64,000 bases of DNA. It comes from a virus (taxonomy: Duplodnaviria; Heunggongvirae; Uroviricota; Caudoviricetes). The stretch is taken from the IMG/VR virus record IMGVR_UViG_3300038300_000093. One strand, written 5' to 3'. A model generated the notes under the pieces. That model worked only from the letters and a program-made list of their open reading frames with translations. It searched no databases and had not been told where the DNA came from. This document shows positions 63,276 to 64,000 of the stretch, piece by piece. Position 1 is the first letter of the stretch, and each line of letters begins with the position of its first letter. Position numbers and translations under genes: made by a program.

Positions 63276-63473
63276 TTATATATGCATTTTATCCCAAATC
63301 AACAAGCACCCTGGATATTCATTCCCCATTTCCTCTTCCGTTTCCCATCTGGTAGTATAATACAATTCCCCATAGCACTTTGGACAATCTATATGGCCAT
63401 TACTAAATCTGCGCATTTCTCTCTCACTTCCGAAATAACTACACTCCATGCATCTAATAATTAAATCTGACAT
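63276..63473 (-). CDS. zinc-ribbon micro-protein ending ..PGCLLIWDKMHI (65 aa)
   Basis: Contains CMEC...CPKC. The tail weakly echoes the KGCLFVYDD motif. Confidence 0.45.
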   Translation of the reverse strand: MSDLIIRCMECSYFGSEREMRRFSNGHIDCPKCYGELYYTTRWETEEEMGNEYPGCLLIWDKMHI

Positions 63474-63479
63474 TAGTAG

Positions 63480-63731
63480 CTATTTATACCTTTTGTCTTG
63501 TATATCTTTTATTTTTCTACAAACACTAGATACTTCCCAATCTCCCCTTGACCCAACTTCCAAAACTAATTTTTCCAGTTTCTCTATCTGCTCATCTCTT
63601 TTATCCAACATGTAAGACATAGATTCTTCATAGTTTCCACATTCTTTTAAATGCTTTATCGAACCACACATGAATACATTACATCCAGCACAACATTCAA
63701 ATTCCAACTCAACACTATGTTCTCTCATCAT
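63480..63731 (-). CDS. Cys-containing hypothetical protein (83 aa)
   Basis: ORF-track ORF. Confidence 0.45.
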   Translation of the reverse strand: MMREHSVELEFECCAGCNVFMCGSIKHLKECGNYEESMSYMLDKRDEQIEKLEKLVLEVGSRGDWEVSSVCRKIKDIQDKRYK

Positions 63732-64000
63732 TTTCCATAACCCAATAAAAACTTAACCTTGTTTGATCTTTTTTGCTTTTTAACTTTGTATTCTAATTTA
63801 GTAGCTTGAGATCTGTTTTCTAAAGGAATCGATAGTGCAATCATTTTAACTGGCCTTCTTGTTGAAGTATACTTAGCGCCACCACATAGAAGGCCGTTGT
63901 GTCGCCTTATTCTCTTTTCCACATCATTCGACAGTCCAGTGTAATAAGTCCCGTCAATGCACTCTACAATGTAAACGTAGTAAGATTTACCAGTGGGCAT
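63728..64000 (-). CDS. GIY-YIG nuclease-domain protein (COG2827/YhbQ-like)
   Basis: YYVYIVECIDGTYYTGLSNDVEKRIRRHNGLLCGGAKYTSTRRPVKM matches GIY..YIG ... R...HN.G.GAKYT..R.P. Its ATG sits at the last three bases of the window. Confidence 0.65.
   Translation of the reverse strand: MPTGKSYYVYIVECIDGTYYTGLSNDVEKRIRRHNGLLCGGAKYTSTRRPVKMIALSIPLENRSQATKLEYKVKKQKRSNKVKFLLGYGK

Overview
AT-rich, densely packed bacteriophage-like DNA (probably a large or jumbo phage) in which almost every gene lies on the minus strand. No capsid, terminase or tail genes are recognisable, so this looks like an early/accessory region.

The window falls into four blocks:
(i) 1-22.7 kb: about 57 short monocistronic genes. 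Each is preceded by the same ~65-90-bp intergenic module, read on the minus strand as: stem-loop AGGGCT..AGCCCT, an embedded sigma70-like promoter (TTGAAY or TTGCAA, 16 nt, TATAGT), the conserved leader AAGATTAGTAAGAAGCACTAAGCAGGCTTAC, an AAAGGACA Shine-Dalgarno-like box, then ATG. Recognisable products are an SLT-type lytic transglycosylase and an N6-adenine methyltransferase.
(ii) 22.7-31 kb: genes preceded by a second conserved upstream motif, TTACTATAAGATAAGRCACGAAAGT. This block also holds an array of Cys-x2-Cys micro-genes that use GTG starts and ATGA/GTGA stop-start overlaps, and a 1.5-kb non-coding, repeat-rich region (30.5-32.0 kb) that may be an origin or regulatory hub.
(iii) 32-41 kb: an array of at least 15 small paralogs sharing a KGCLF[VI]YDD motif, interleaved with two tandem-repeat proteins resembling DUF4116.
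(iv) 41-64 kb: tightly overlapping operon-like genes. Recognisable products are a Thg1-like 3'-5' nucleotidyltransferase, a thymidylate-synthase-family enzyme, an SPFH/flotillin-like membrane protein, an HNH endonuclease, a bactofilin-like gene with a frameshift, a Lar-like restriction-alleviation zinc ribbon, a PTH2 peptidyl-tRNA hydrolase overlapping an Rnl-type RNA ligase fused to a tRNA-binding OB domain, a TM2-domain protein, and a GIY-YIG nuclease.

The candidate novel system is the combination of Thg1-like enzyme, tRNA-binding RNA ligase and PTH2, which looks like a phage tRNA repair or counter-defence module. The KGCLFVYDD paralog array is the second strongest lead. All calls rest on reading the sequence; no database searches were run.
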